Both the position numbers and the translations under genes were made by a program. The notes beneath the pieces are model-generated. The model had not been told where the DNA came from. It searched no databases and saw only the letters and a program-made list of their open reading frames with translations. Below, piece by piece: positions 9,359-19,392 of a stretch of DNA of 64,000 nucleotides. Numbering within the stretch: the stretch's first letter is position 1; every line of letters begins with the position of its first letter. Source of the DNA: Bryobacterales bacterium (GTDB lineage Bacteria; Acidobacteriota; Terriglobia; Bryobacterales; UBA6623); the NCBI GenBank assembly GCA_965248105.1, contig CBDFIK010000005.1, positions 923,714 through 987,713 on the forward strand. Reading direction: 5' to 3'.

Positions 9359-12277
9359 GTGCGTCCTAGAACATCAGATAGCTTGGGCCCACGTTGGGGC
9401 GATTTGACGCAGTCTATGATACCGAGACGTTCAGATACCGATTCCCGCAGCGCAACAAGACTTTGCGGTTCGAGGGGACGCCGAGCGCACAGGGCTATGT
9501 TCAGCAGCTTGGCCGCTTGCTTGTTTGCAGTTTCACTTCACACCTGGTTGGCGTGCAGCACGGCCTCACGTCTTCCCACCGTGTACCTTGATTCGAGACT
9601 CGAAGAGGAGGTGTTCATTGATCAGTGGCAATTTATTGGGCCGTTCAAGTTCGACAAAGATAAATTGCTTGCCCCCGAGGCACATACGTTGCCCATAGGC
9701 CTAAACCGCGACTTTCTGACTGTTTTCGGCCTTAGTGAAGAGGAAATGACAGAGGACGCGTTGCTTGGTCTCGCTGGGTCCGAGGCACTGGAGCCTGCGG
9801 TGATCCCGCCCGACTTTGCAAATTTCCGATATCGAATCCAAGGCGTTCCCAAAGTGGAATTCTTGAAGATCTTCGACACGATTGAATCCGCAGTCGTTTA
9901 TGGTGCAATAGCCATCGAAAGCCCTCAAGATCAGCAGCTGGCTTTGGCCGCTGGCAGCGACGACGCCATGAGGCTGTGGTGCAACAACGAGCTCGTGATT
10001 GCTGAACGGAACACTACTCTCAAACCAGTGCGAAAGTACGGGGGTTTTACTTCAGTGCGACTGAGGAAAGGGCGAAATCTTCTTGTTGCAAAGGTTGCCC
10101 AGCAAGGCGGCGGGTGGGGCCTCACCGTCACACTTTTGCCGGTCGCCCTGGCGATAGAGAAGGCCAAGCATCATGGGGTACTAAACCCCCTATCTGACCG
10201 TCTATTGTCGCAAGGTGACCTTTCCACAATAGACCTTGATCTCTACGGGCACGACTTTCCCGTTGAGTTGGATATTGTCGACGGCCACGATTCAGTCGTC
10301 CACTCCGAGCAGTTTCGCTACCAGCGGAAGGCGACTCAGGCAACCACAATTTCAGCGCCTGTTCTTCCGGAGGGTCTCTACGTCGCTCGACTGACCTTCC
10401 CAATGGACACGCTGGAGGCGCCTATTTACTTTGGGGACCTTTTTAAATTTCGATCGGCTTTCCGGTCCCGACAAAGGGCGCTCGGGTCGATCACCGAGAA
10501 ACACGGACTGAATTTGGAGGCGATGCTATTTCGGTACGAGCACCTGCTCGCACCGGAACACGCCGATCTTGATGGCGACGTCAAGTCTATGTGGCAGGCC
10601 AAGATCATCCATCTGATCGGTGAGATCGAGACAACATTCAAGGCCCTGGAGACGTCCCAAGACCCGTTTAGAGACAGACGAGGCAGGCAGCTCAGGGCCT
10701 TCGTGTCGGAGATTGACGGGCAAGTCCAGCACTATATGATTTACGTTCCCAAGAACGCCAAGGTACCGCTATCATTCGTCATACGCATGCCCCATCAAAT
10801 TGCGGATGTAATACTTCGACCTTTCCTGAAAAGTGTTTTTGTCGCCTTTCTGCGCGGAATCATTCCCCTTGAACGGTCGGCCGACAAACACGGTTTCGGC
10901 ATCGTTTGGGTCTATGGCAGGGGCAACAGCTTCGGCGCGGCTATGGGTACGACAGATGTCTTCGAGGTACTGAACGACTTGAAGAAGGACTACGACCTCG
11001 ACCCCGATCGCCTTTACTTGACCGGTGTCTCAGACGGTGCGAGACTCTCTCTGCTGATGGCGGAAAGGTTTCCCTCGCTGTTCGCGGCGGTCGCTGTGGT
11101 TTCACCGATTTTTGGCACGAATCCAGACTCCCCGCGTCGCAGCCCAAAAACGATTGGCCGGAGCTTGCGAAACATTCCGCTCTACATTCTGCACGGCCGC
11201 TACGATAAGAGCTTACCTTTACAAGGGATAATCAACTTCACGGATGAGTTACGGCAGCAAGGTGTGGAGGTAGAACTCGAGGTGGGAGACGACGACCACG
11301 GCATGCAGAACAGTGGCGATCCCTTCGCAAAAGCCTTGGGGTTTTTGGCAGGCAAAAAGAGGGCTAGGTTTCCTAGAAAGGTTTCATTTGCCACGGCTCA
11401 GCTGCGATACGATACCGCCTACTGGCTGCGAATCACGGGGATCGAGGACGTAAGCCGCATAGCGACGATAGACGCTACGCGAGTGTCGCCCAAACTTGTG
11501 ACAGTCGAAACGGATAACGTGAGTAGCTTCGAAATCATATTGAGCGAGCTGGGCTCTCGGCCAAACGAGCGTCTGACGGTGAAGAGTAATGGGCGGACAA
11601 GTTTCGACGCCATTCCGCAGGCGGAAACGATCAGGGTCGACGTGACCGGCCATGAGGCTGCAGTCGCCGGCCCGTGGCAAAAAAGCGCTTCGGTTTCAGG
11701 CCCGGTGGAGGACGCATTCGGCAGCTCATTTCTAATTGTCGGAGGTCGCGGTGGAGACGAAGCGGCTGCGGAGAGCATGATGGCCGCGGTGGCAACCTTG
11801 TGTGAACCATGGCGCAAGGAGCGGTTCGTGGATTGTCGATACAAGACTGACTTGGCGGTCACGGACGATGACATTGCCAAGATGAACCTAGTTCTGGTCG
11901 GTCATCCACGGACGAACAAAATCCTCAAGAGGGTCATTGGCCGCCTGCCAGTGACGTTCAGGCCCGATGCCGTCGAAGTCGGTGGGAGAGAATACGCTGG
12001 GGATAGTATTACCGTGGAAATGGTCCATCCCAATCCCTTGAATCCGGCAAAGTACATAGTCGTTATCGGATCGAATAATACGCAGACGTGGGGGGTTGGT
12101 GACTCGGACCCTGCAAAACGTGGAATTTTTGACTTTCGAGTTTGGAAGGATAACGGCAGCACGCCGGTTGATGCGGGATATTTTGATTCCTACTGGAAAA
12201 AGGCTCTTCCAGCAGGGAAAGAGGGATTTTCGGGGCCTCGTCGAGGCGATCGGCGACAGGTCGGAGCAGCGAGATAG
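9359..12277 (+). CDS. Large secreted alpha/beta-hydrolase (esterase/S9-like peptidase) with PA14-like N-terminal domain
   Basis: GSDDAMRLWCNNE..LRKGRNLLVAKV (PA14-like); YLTGVSDGA nucleophile elbow, LHGRYD, DDHG; possible lipobox WLAC if the start is ATG 9497. Confidence 0.8.
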   Translation: MRPRTSDSLGPRWGDLTQSMIPRRSDTDSRSATRLCGSRGRRAHRAMFSSLAACLFAVSLHTWLACSTASRLPTVYLDSRLEEEVFIDQWQFIGPFKFDKDKLLAPEAHTLPIGLNRDFLTVFGLSEEEMTEDALLGLAGSEALEPAVIPPDFANFRYRIQGVPKVEFLKIFDTIESAVVYGAIAIESPQDQQLALAAGSDDAMRLWCNNELVIAERNTTLKPVRKYGGFTSVRLRKGRNLLVAKVAQQGGGWGLTVTLLPVALAIEKAKHHGVLNPLSDRLLSQGDLSTIDLDLYGHDFPVELDIVDGHDSVVHSEQFRYQRKATQATTISAPVLPEGLYVARLTFPMDTLEAPIYFGDLFKFRSAFRSRQRALGSITEKHGLNLEAMLFRYEHLLAPEHADLDGDVKSMWQAKIIHLIGEIETTFKALETSQDPFRDRRGRQLRAFVSEIDGQVQHYMIYVPKNAKVPLSFVIRMPHQIADVILRPFLKSVFVAFLRGIIPLERSADKHGFGIVWVYGRGNSFGAAMGTTDVFEVLNDLKKDYDLDPDRLYLTGVSDGARLSLLMAERFPSLFAAVAVVSPIFGTNPDSPRRSPKTIGRSLRNIPLYILHGRYDKSLPLQGIINFTDELRQQGVEVELEVGDDDHGMQNSGDPFAKALGFLAGKKRARFPRKVSFATAQLRYDTAYWLRITGIEDVSRIATIDATRVSPKLVTVETDNVSSFEIILSELGSRPNERLTVKSNGRTSFDAIPQAETIRVDVTGHEAAVAGPWQKSASVSGPVEDAFGSSFLIVGGRGGDEAAAESMMAAVATLCEPWRKERFVDCRYKTDLAVTDDDIAKMNLVLVGHPRTNKILKRVIGRLPVTFRPDAVEVGGREYAGDSITVEMVHPNPLNPAKYIVVIGSNNTQTWGVGDSDPAKRGIFDFRVWKDNGSTPVDAGYFDSYWKKALPAGKEGFSGPRRGDRRQVGAAR

Positions 12278-12780
12278 TCCAGGATAACTTCTAGGCCGAT
12301 ACCGGTCCCACAGCCCAAAACGCCATAGGATTCTCTGAAACGCGGCGAAGTCAGTACCTCAAGCGGAAATCGACCTCCCAGCCAAAGGTTTCCGACGATC
12401 CGGCGATTGAACAGGCACGCCGAGGCAGCTGAGTTGGTCTGCTGTGGCAGTTCGCGTTACCAAACGGCAGAGCATGTTTACGCGGGAGTTATCCAAGTGA
12501 ACGAGGTCAGGAAGACCTGGCAGATTAGGTCTTAGCCACAGAGGCATGCAGGAAAGTCTCAGACGAAGGTCGGGCCGTGACTCTCGCGCTTCCCTTCTAA
12601 AATACGATGTTCGTACCATTCGGTCTCTAAGCGCGCAAACAACGCCAGGTTGTCCTGCCCGTAGGCGGCGCTTTCGGGCGCCCATGAAGGGACAGGTGCT
12701 TCTTCCGGCAGCCGGAAACCGTTGCGCGGCTCAATGGAATGTGGTGTTTACTGGCCACGTAACTCTGCGGTGATTACATC

Positions 12781-14148
12781 ATGATGATGGCGGTCCCTGG
12801 AGCGACTTGGTCCAGAAAACTAACTGAACTTCTTGAGTACCCCGTAGTAGAACGGCCGGTCTGGGAACTGCTCTGCGTAGGTTCCGTGATCGCTGGCGTT
12901 GTGGTTTGCCTCCTCGGTCGGCCTGATGTCGCTGTAGTGCCGCTCACCGTTATCATCGTGGTCGCCTTAGGCATGTTGGCCCATGGTGACCGGCTTTGGA
13001 CAGCGCTGCGGCCGGGTTGGGCTGGGACCGCCTTGCTGATAGTCATCGGCACCGAGACGATCGGTGTATTTGCATCGACATACCGCCACAATTCCATCCA
13101 ATTTGTGATTAGCCTGTACCTGCTGAGCGTCATGTACTTCCTCGCGAGGAACACTTGTCATCGTGTCGAATATCGCCGCTTCTACCATATGGCGATGAGT
13201 CTCCTGGGAACGGCCCTAGCAGTTGTTTTTGTTTGGAATGCCCTGACAAGAACCCCTGACCTTCGCTCCATAGGCCTTGAGAACCTTGCCCGCTTCAAGA
13301 ACTTGATTCCCCCTGTCGCAGGAGGAGCAGTAGCTGAGACCGTGACCATCCTGCTCTCGTTGCTACCGTTTACCATTGTCCTGCTTTGGATCTCCGGCGA
13401 CTTGAAGCTCCTGTGGGCGGCCTCCGCCGTCACATCTGTCGTCGCTATTTTGCTTACTTTGTCGCGAGGCGGATACATCGCCCTGGTCGCTTTCGTAGTC
13501 ATATCCACTGCTTACTTGTGTGTCAGAGCCGGTCAGCGACGGCGACGCCAGCGGGTTTTGCTTACTCTCGCCGGTCTGCTGTTGGTCTCTACCACGATCA
13601 TCAGCTTGACACCCGTCGCGGAGGCCGTTCTGCGGACCTTCCGGATCGTAGACTCGGCTTCGCACGCTCGCAGCATAGACGGGCGGTTCCGCCTTTGGGA
13701 AAGAGTAGGCGAGATGATCAGATCTCGTCCGCTCTTTGGAGTCGGGGCCTCCAATTTCGCGCTGGCGAATGTGGCATTCAGTGATCAAAGTGACGCGGTT
13801 CCGTTTGCTGCGCAGCCCTTCAACGTCGTTTTGGAAGTCCTTGTAGAAAGGGGTGTGATCGGTGCAATCGGTTATCTCTGGTTTGTCCTTTCTTTCTTTG
13901 CAGTGTCGATTCAAGCCGTGAGGCGATCACCCGACCGAGTCACGAAGGACACTGCGGCCGTATTGGCGATTGGTTTCTTCGCGGTTCTCGTGCGGGATGG
14001 AACGTACTCATCCATGATCAGCAATGCAGGCGTATCGGCAGTAGTAGTTTTTCTGATCGCCCACAACAGCTCTCTGCTCAATCAATCGTCATCCTCTCAA
14101 GTAGCGACTCCCAGGGCCTGCGAAAGCGAACGAAGCGAACTTGAATGA
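12781..14148 (+). CDS. O-antigen ligase (Wzy_C) family membrane protein
   Basis: About 12 TM segments; LTLSRGGYIA, RFRLW, RPLFGVGASNF, FNVVLEVLVERGVIG. Confidence 0.85.
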   Translation: MMMAVPGATWSRKLTELLEYPVVERPVWELLCVGSVIAGVVVCLLGRPDVAVVPLTVIIVVALGMLAHGDRLWTALRPGWAGTALLIVIGTETIGVFASTYRHNSIQFVISLYLLSVMYFLARNTCHRVEYRRFYHMAMSLLGTALAVVFVWNALTRTPDLRSIGLENLARFKNLIPPVAGGAVAETVTILLSLLPFTIVLLWISGDLKLLWAASAVTSVVAILLTLSRGGYIALVAFVVISTAYLCVRAGQRRRRQRVLLTLAGLLLVSTTIISLTPVAEAVLRTFRIVDSASHARSIDGRFRLWERVGEMIRSRPLFGVGASNFALANVAFSDQSDAVPFAAQPFNVVLEVLVERGVIGAIGYLWFVLSFFAVSIQAVRRSPDRVTKDTAAVLAIGFFAVLVRDGTYSSMISNAGVSAVVVFLIAHNSSLLNQSSSSQVATPRACESERSELE

Positions 14149-14154
14149 GGACCA

Positions 14155-15381
14155 ATGACGTTTGACGGCCCGCGTGCGATGTTCAGGCAAATCGCTCTGC
14201 CGGCGTGCCTCTTGGCAGCAGCGATCTGCTGGTCATGTTGGGTGTTGTCTTGGTTCTTGCGCCATGTTCAAGCAGATTCGGAGTTCGCACTGGTACTTCC
14301 GTCCGCCCTCAGCGGCGATCATGCCGCGGCGCTCGAACACGCGAGGCGGGCCGCATCTGCCGATCCTGACAACGCACACTACTGGGGCACAGCGGCGCTG
14401 CTATCGGAGAGGGCGCTCGGACGCCGTTTCGACGTGGAGCAGATTCTGCGGCCAAGCACAGGACTCTCGCGTCGCGGCGTCGCCGCGCTCGGCAAATCGA
14501 TGGAGTATTATTCCCGGGCTCTCGATCTCAATCCCAACGACGACTGCTTCCTGCATAATATCGCTTGGATCCACGCACTGATGGGGCGAGGGGAGCTGGC
14601 GTATTCCTATCTCGAGCGTGCGCTCGCAGTGTACAAGACAGGCGAGTATCAAATCAGCGCTGGTTTGATACTCGAAAGACTCGGACTTGAGGATCGGGCG
14701 TTCAGCGCTTACGTAGAAGCACTTGCATTAGAGCCGGACATTGTGGATTCAAGGTTCTCCCAGGATCTGGAGAAGAGGTATCCGGGGAAAATTCATGAGC
14801 TTGTTGACAGCGCGATCATGCGACTCCAGCAAGGGCCGAGGAGTCCGATCCTATGGGCGAGGCTTGGCAAACTCTACCTATTCCGCGGCAAGCTGGAGGA
14901 CGCCCGCCGCTATCTGGAAGGGGCCACGATGGAGTTGCCGAACCTTCCGAGGCCCTGGTTCAATCTCGCCATGCTGGCTAAGACATCTGGTCAGAGTCGA
15001 AAATGGGAGCTTGACCTGCAGCGTGCTGCCAAGCTCGGTCGAGGAGACGAGCAGGCATGGTACCATCTGGCTCGGCTTTTCGACAGTCGAGCGGAGGTCG
15101 ATGCGGCGATAAAAGCCTACCTGAGAGTAGCTGGGATTCGGGGTCTGCGAGTATCGTCGCATGCCCGCCGATCTTCACGAATGTACAAGACGCGGTTCGT
15201 CATGCCGGACGACGTCATTCCCCATGGCCTGCTTGCCTACAGCAATCCTCCCAGTCGAAGAGTGGACGCACTCGAACGGCTTTCGACCCTATACCGCTCC
15301 AGCGGCAAGCGCAAGCTGGCGGAGCGTTTTTCTCAGCTGTCGCAAAAAGCTCGGGCCCAAGAAGAGAACCGATCTGAATGA
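14155..15381 (+). CDS. Tetratricopeptide repeat protein
   Basis: N-terminal TM/signal; repeated YYSRALDLNPND, AYVEALALEPD, ARLGKLY, AWYHLA helices. Confidence 0.85.
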   Translation: MTFDGPRAMFRQIALPACLLAAAICWSCWVLSWFLRHVQADSEFALVLPSALSGDHAAALEHARRAASADPDNAHYWGTAALLSERALGRRFDVEQILRPSTGLSRRGVAALGKSMEYYSRALDLNPNDDCFLHNIAWIHALMGRGELAYSYLERALAVYKTGEYQISAGLILERLGLEDRAFSAYVEALALEPDIVDSRFSQDLEKRYPGKIHELVDSAIMRLQQGPRSPILWARLGKLYLFRGKLEDARRYLEGATMELPNLPRPWFNLAMLAKTSGQSRKWELDLQRAAKLGRGDEQAWYHLARLFDSRAEVDAAIKAYLRVAGIRGLRVSSHARRSSRMYKTRFVMPDDVIPHGLLAYSNPPSRRVDALERLSTLYRSSGKRKLAERFSQLSQKARAQEENRSE

Positions 15382-15941
15382 GGGATTGGGCGGGAAAGCT
15401 AACGGGGGCTGCGGTTAGGATTGCAGGTCTTTTGCACCTGGCCCAGTACCCGGCCGATGGTGCGCTACAGTCGGCCGAAATCAAGTGCAAGACCATGGAG
15501 GCCGCCATCTGCGTGGGGGAATACCTCATTCCGCATGCTCGGGTCGCGTACGCCGAAATGGGTGCGGATGGAGTTATCCAGGACACGCGATACATCCTCC
15601 GCTGGATAAAGGAAAAGCTGCGCAAGAGCTTCACAAAGCGGACGCTCTTCCAGGAGACGAAAGGGCGATTCAGGCGGGTGGAAACGATGGGACAGCCTCT
15701 CGGGCTGCTGATGGAGCACGGATTTATAAGGGAACGGCCAACTGCCCCACGCCCCGGTCCAGGTCGAAAAGCGAGCCCCATTTTCGACGTTAATCCTTCT
15801 GTCTTTCAAGGGCCGATCGTGGAGAAAGCTGAGGTGATAGGTATGAGCGTTGCTAAGCGCTCCGCCCGTCAGTTTCCGACACGATTCCCGTCGGCCTATG
15901 CTTCCAATCAAACGGGGGTTCTGGTGGACGTAAGTCCTTGA
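15378..15941 (+). pseudogene. C-terminal remnant of DUF3987/YfjI-family protein (integrative element replication gene)
   Basis: WAGKLTGAAVRIAGLLHL, YLIPHARVAY, winged-helix-like FTKRTLFQ..LMEHGFIR, GRKASPIFDVNP. Confidence 0.7.
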
Positions 15942-15947
15942 CAATAC

Positions 15948-16026
15948 TGGTAGGCCCGTCGGGACTCGAACCCGAGACCTCTACCGTGTCAAGGTAGCGC
16001 TCTAACCAAAACTGAGCTACGGGCCT
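15948..16026 (-). tRNA. tRNA-Val(GAC)
   Basis: AGGCCCG acceptor, anticodon arm CTACC-TTGACAC-GGTAG, T-arm TCGGG-TTCGAGT-CCCGA, encoded CCA. Confidence 0.97.
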
Positions 16027-16074
16027 AAACTGCGATGCTAACATGGGGCTTTCAGCCATGTCGACAAAGCCAGG

Positions 16075-17041
16075 TGTCAAGGGCGGAGCAAAATTAGACC
16101 AGTTCGGCGGAGGGAGAATAGACCAGTTTTGGGGTAGAGCGGCGGAGCAAAAATAGACCAGTGGGGGGGGAGTCGGGGTTTTGCTTCGAGTTTTTGTGGG
16201 ACGGCTGGAACGCAGCCTGAGGTCGCCCGTTAGGGCGGCTGAAGGCGGAGTGGAAGGCGGCTCACAAAAACTGTGGCGAGCCGGCGGGGATCAATCCGAA
16301 GACGGAGAGCGTTGCTTCTTGCTCTGCTTGAGGCGGAAGCTATCGCCGTTCATCTCCAGGATGTGGACGTGGTGAGTGAGCCGATCCAGCAGGGCGCCGG
16401 TCATGCGCTCGGACCCGAGGACTTCGGTCCACTCGTTGAACGGCAGGTTCGAGGTCACCATCGTGGAGCCCTGCTCGTAGCGCTGTGAGAAGGTTTCGAA
16501 CAGCAACTCCGCTCCGGTCTTCGACAGCGGCACGTAGCCCAGTTCATCGACGATCAGCAGGTCTTGCTTGGCGAGCTGCTTTTGGGCCCTCAGCAAGCGC
16601 CGCTCATCACGGGCTTCCAGCAGCTCGTTGACCAGCGCTGCGGCGGTAGTGAAGCGAACCCGATAGCCACCCTGGCAGGCCGCCAGTCCCAGCGCCAGAG
16701 CGAGATGCGTTTTCCCCGTGCCGGAGTTTCCTAGAGCCAACACGTTCTCGCGACGGTCGATGAACTCTCCGTGTGCCAGCTCGAGCACCAGCTTCTTGTT
16801 CAACTTGGGTAACGCCAGGAAGTCGAACGTATCAAGGGTTTTCGTGACCGGGAACTTGGCGGCCTTGATGCGCCGCTCGGTCGCTCGGCGTTCACGGTCG
16901 AGCAGTTCGAGCTCGGACAGTTGCAGCAGAAAGCTGAGAACGGCGCTGACAAACTAGACCACATCAGCGGCTTGGTCCTCCGCCTCCTCTGGGAGCCTTC
17001 ACACCGCCGCTATGTGGTCTAGTTTGTCAGCGCCGTTCTCA
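16075..17041 (-). mobile_element. Internally deleted/rearranged IS21-family element
   Basis: 16075-16934 near-identical to 44290-45149; istA absent; ends in a duplicated, palindromic left end. Confidence 0.9.
16291..16934 (-). pseudogene. istB: IS21 helper ATPase IstB, 5'-truncated
   Basis: GNSGTGKT, LLIVDELGY, ALLDRLTHH; lacks about 40 N-terminal codons relative to 44506-45267. Confidence 0.9.
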
Positions 17042-17209
17042 TGGTTGCATAAGTTCACGATCGTTTATAGGCCGGCAATCCCTGGATCGCTCCCTCACGG
17101 TCGCGGCTTGGGAAGCTCTGCGAACAAACCACTTTCGGGCCAGACGGACGATCGTTGATGCTTCGGGAAAGGGCCTTGCAAATACGCGACTCTTGCAACC
17201 AAGCACTAG
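17042..17209. mobile_element. MITE-like element family C, one end clipped by the IS21 end
   Basis: Reverse-complement homolog of 33438-33616, missing the terminal CTAGTGCT. Confidence 0.75.
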
Positions 17210-17248
17210 TCGATTCCCGTAGATCTTACCTCCAAGAGCAAGACCGCT

Positions 17249-17995
17249 TTAGCGGTGTTCCGGATTGGAGAAGTCGAACCTGCAGCCCGCATCCCACTCG
17301 CTGCGCTGGTTGCCGTGGACAGGGATGCCGCCGGAGTCCTTCAGCATCCGCGCCAGGTGGAGTAGATTCCACGTCATAAATGTGGTGTTCCTGTTCGTAA
17401 AATCGTTCTCCGGACCACCTGAGCCCGGGTCAAGGTAGCTCGGTCCGGGTCCGGCCTCGCCGATCCAGCCGGCATCGGCCTGCGGGGGGATGACGTAGCC
17501 GAGGTGTTGCAATGAATAGAGAATGTTCATCGCGCAATGCTTAGCGCCATCCTCGTTCCCGGTGATGAGGCAGCCTCCGACGCGGCCGTAGTAGGCGTAT
17601 TGGCCGTCCTCATTCAGTAGATGACTGTTCCCGTAGAGCCGCTCGATCACCTTCGTGCAGACGCTCGTCTTCTCGCCGAGCCAGATCGAACTCGTGAGCA
17701 CAAGGATGTCTGCCTCCATGACCTTCTTAGAAATGTCGGGCCAGTCGTCTTTCTCCCAGCCGTGCTCGGTCATGTCGGGCCAGACACCATAGGCAATGTC
17801 ATGGTCAACCGCGCGCAGCACATCGACGCTCACCTTATTCTTCTCCATGATCGCTTTCGAGATGCGGATGAGCCCCTCCGTGTGCGACATCTCCGGCGAC
17901 TTCTTGAGGGTGCAGTTGATGAAGAGCGCCTTCAGGTCTGAGAAGTCCCACTTGCTTGACTCACACATCTCAAGTTGTTTCTCGCTGAGTTCCAT
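17249..17995 (-). CDS. Flavodoxin-family / NADPH-dependent FMN reductase
   Basis: ALFINCTLKKS, ADILVLTSSIWLG, ITGNEDG, GEAGPGPSY. Confidence 0.88.
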   Translation of the reverse strand: MELSEKQLEMCESSKWDFSDLKALFINCTLKKSPEMSHTEGLIRISKAIMEKNKVSVDVLRAVDHDIAYGVWPDMTEHGWEKDDWPDISKKVMEADILVLTSSIWLGEKTSVCTKVIERLYGNSHLLNEDGQYAYYGRVGGCLITGNEDGAKHCAMNILYSLQHLGYVIPPQADAGWIGEAGPGPSYLDPGSGGPENDFTNRNTTFMTWNLLHLARMLKDSGGIPVHGNQRSEWDAGCRFDFSNPEHR

Positions 17996-18019
17996 GCAGC
18001 TAACCTCCTCTCTCCTTCG

Positions 18020-18319
18020 CTAGTTTAGTGCTGAGCCATGCTCCGGCCGACGTCCCTCTCGGACCGTGCCGATGTACCGGGCTATGTTCTCGACGCCCCT
18101 CACCATCAGAGGGAAGTGCTCGTTGACGAATGCCTGGACGTCCTCGTTCGCTCTGGACGGATTTGCCCGCCACGCCGCCAACGTCTTGTCTCCGTCAAAG
18201 TCAACATAGCTGCACCGGACGGAGAAGTCGTCTTCCGGCAGAAGCAACGCGCCCCCCGGAAGCAGGGCCGTATGCTCCATTTTTAGCAGGTGCTCGCAGA
18301 AATCGGCACAGGTGTTCAT
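18020..18319 (-). pseudogene. C-terminal fragment, probably of a class I/II aminotransferase
   Basis: ALLPG....DDFSVRCSYVDFDG; truncated upstream at the RAYT-derived duplication. Confidence 0.5.
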
Positions 18320-18341
18320 GCCAATGCTCTGCAGTTGGTCC

Positions 18342-18495
18342 TACAGGATTCGTTCGCCTGGCTGGTCCAGTGCTCGGTGGTTCGTCGAGCGCCAAGGTCC
18401 TGTTGAGATCGACCAGATACGGTTGCCTTGCGGTCCGAAGTCACGGATCTAAGCCCACGGACGCGGACCCTGGAACGGCGCCAGGTCCGTGCTAC
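18342..18495 (+). repeat. Diverged duplicate of the RAYT 3' end plus downstream REP
   Basis: Aligns by eye to 19808-19963. Confidence 0.85.
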
Positions 18496-18519
18496 AAGCT
18501 ACGGAAGCACAGCCATAAT

Positions 18520-18950
18520 CCATTGATTCCGCGTGGATTGTGCGAAATTGGGTTCGTTTCGTTTTTCCTCGATCGTCGAGCGTGGCCGGCGGTCGCGCTG
18601 CTGTCCCCCCCCTTCAGAATAGCGAGCGTGTCAAGGCCAACGGGGCCGCAGGTCTCGGCAAAACGGCCCGCCGAGGCCTGCGCTATGGGACTTAGGTCGA
18701 GGTCTCCTCGTATCCCGGTGGAGCGATCGGTCAGGTCTTGCTGAGCCGGCCGCCCCGCCGTACTGGAAACCAGCTGCAACCCATTGATTCCCTGTGGGTT
18801 GTGCGAAATCGGGTTTGTTTCGTATTCTTTTTCTCGCTCGTCGAGTGTGGCGCCGGTCGCTGCGGTCCCCACCTTCAGAATAGCGAGTGTGTCAAGCCCA
18901 ACGGCCGCAGGTCTCGGCAAACGGCCGTCGAGGCCTGCGCTACGGGACTG
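18520..18950. repeat. Two diverged direct repeats (about 260-bp period), each ending in a REP-like hairpin
   Basis: CCATTGATTCC..TGTGCGAAAT.GGGTT.GTTTCG..CCTTCAGAATAGCGAG..GGCCGCAGGTCTCGGCAAA..GAGGCCTGCGCTA at 18520 and 18781. Confidence 0.85.
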
Positions 18951-19293
18951 CATACCCGCGGTCCCGGCAGAGCTGGATTCCTCGTTTCACCAAGGCGGAG
19001 CCGATCCCCTGGCGCTGCAGGTCGGGCCTCACCGCCATGGGGGCCAAAGCGGCTCCGCACAGGACGTCGCCATCGGTCTCGATGGGCAACTTGCTGAACA
19101 TGATATGTCCGACGACCTGATCACCCTCGACGGCCACCAGGGAAGCCACAACGTCACGGTTGGCGCGCAGTCGATCGACGAGTCGGGCTTCGCTTTCTCG
19201 TTTGAAGACGAGGCGGTTCACGTCTCGGATGGCAACGCAGTCCGCAGGCGTCTCTTCGCGAATCACGATCTGAGGGTGCCGGTTCTGGGTCAT
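18940..19293 (-). pseudogene. GNAT N-acetyltransferase (YhbS-like), 3'-truncated
   Basis: IREETPAD, VVGHIMFS, LAPMAVRPDLQRQGIGSALV; ends at a REP before the usual VLG.P.YY.RFGF. Confidence 0.75.
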
Positions 19294-19305
19294 TCGAAAG
19301 AGGTC

Positions 19306-19337
19306 GTAGCGGACCTGGTGCCGTTTCAGGGTCCGCG
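19306..19337 (+). repeat. REP upstream of RAYT
   Basis: GTAG-CGGACC-loop-GGTCCG; inverted relative to the REP at 19927-19963. Confidence 0.7.
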
Positions 19338-19392
19338 TGTCCCTTGTTATAAAAACTGAGTAAATCTTCGAGTCACAGAGGTCTTACGTACT

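Noticed and set aside
12278-12780. Precursor peptide gene between the hydrolase and the ligase-like gene
   Set aside because: ORFs 12546-12773 and 12359-12685 lack a clear RBS, signal or leader motif
16075-16165. Three short direct repeats resembling a mini CRISPR array
   Set aside because: They are IS21 subterminal transposase-binding repeats, identical at 44290-44380; no cas genes
18520-18950. Repeat pair as CRISPR array or repeat-protein gene (ORFs 18130-18744, 18492-18953)
   Set aside because: Units are ~260 bp, diverged and contain REPs; ORFs are chance read-through of non-coding repeats
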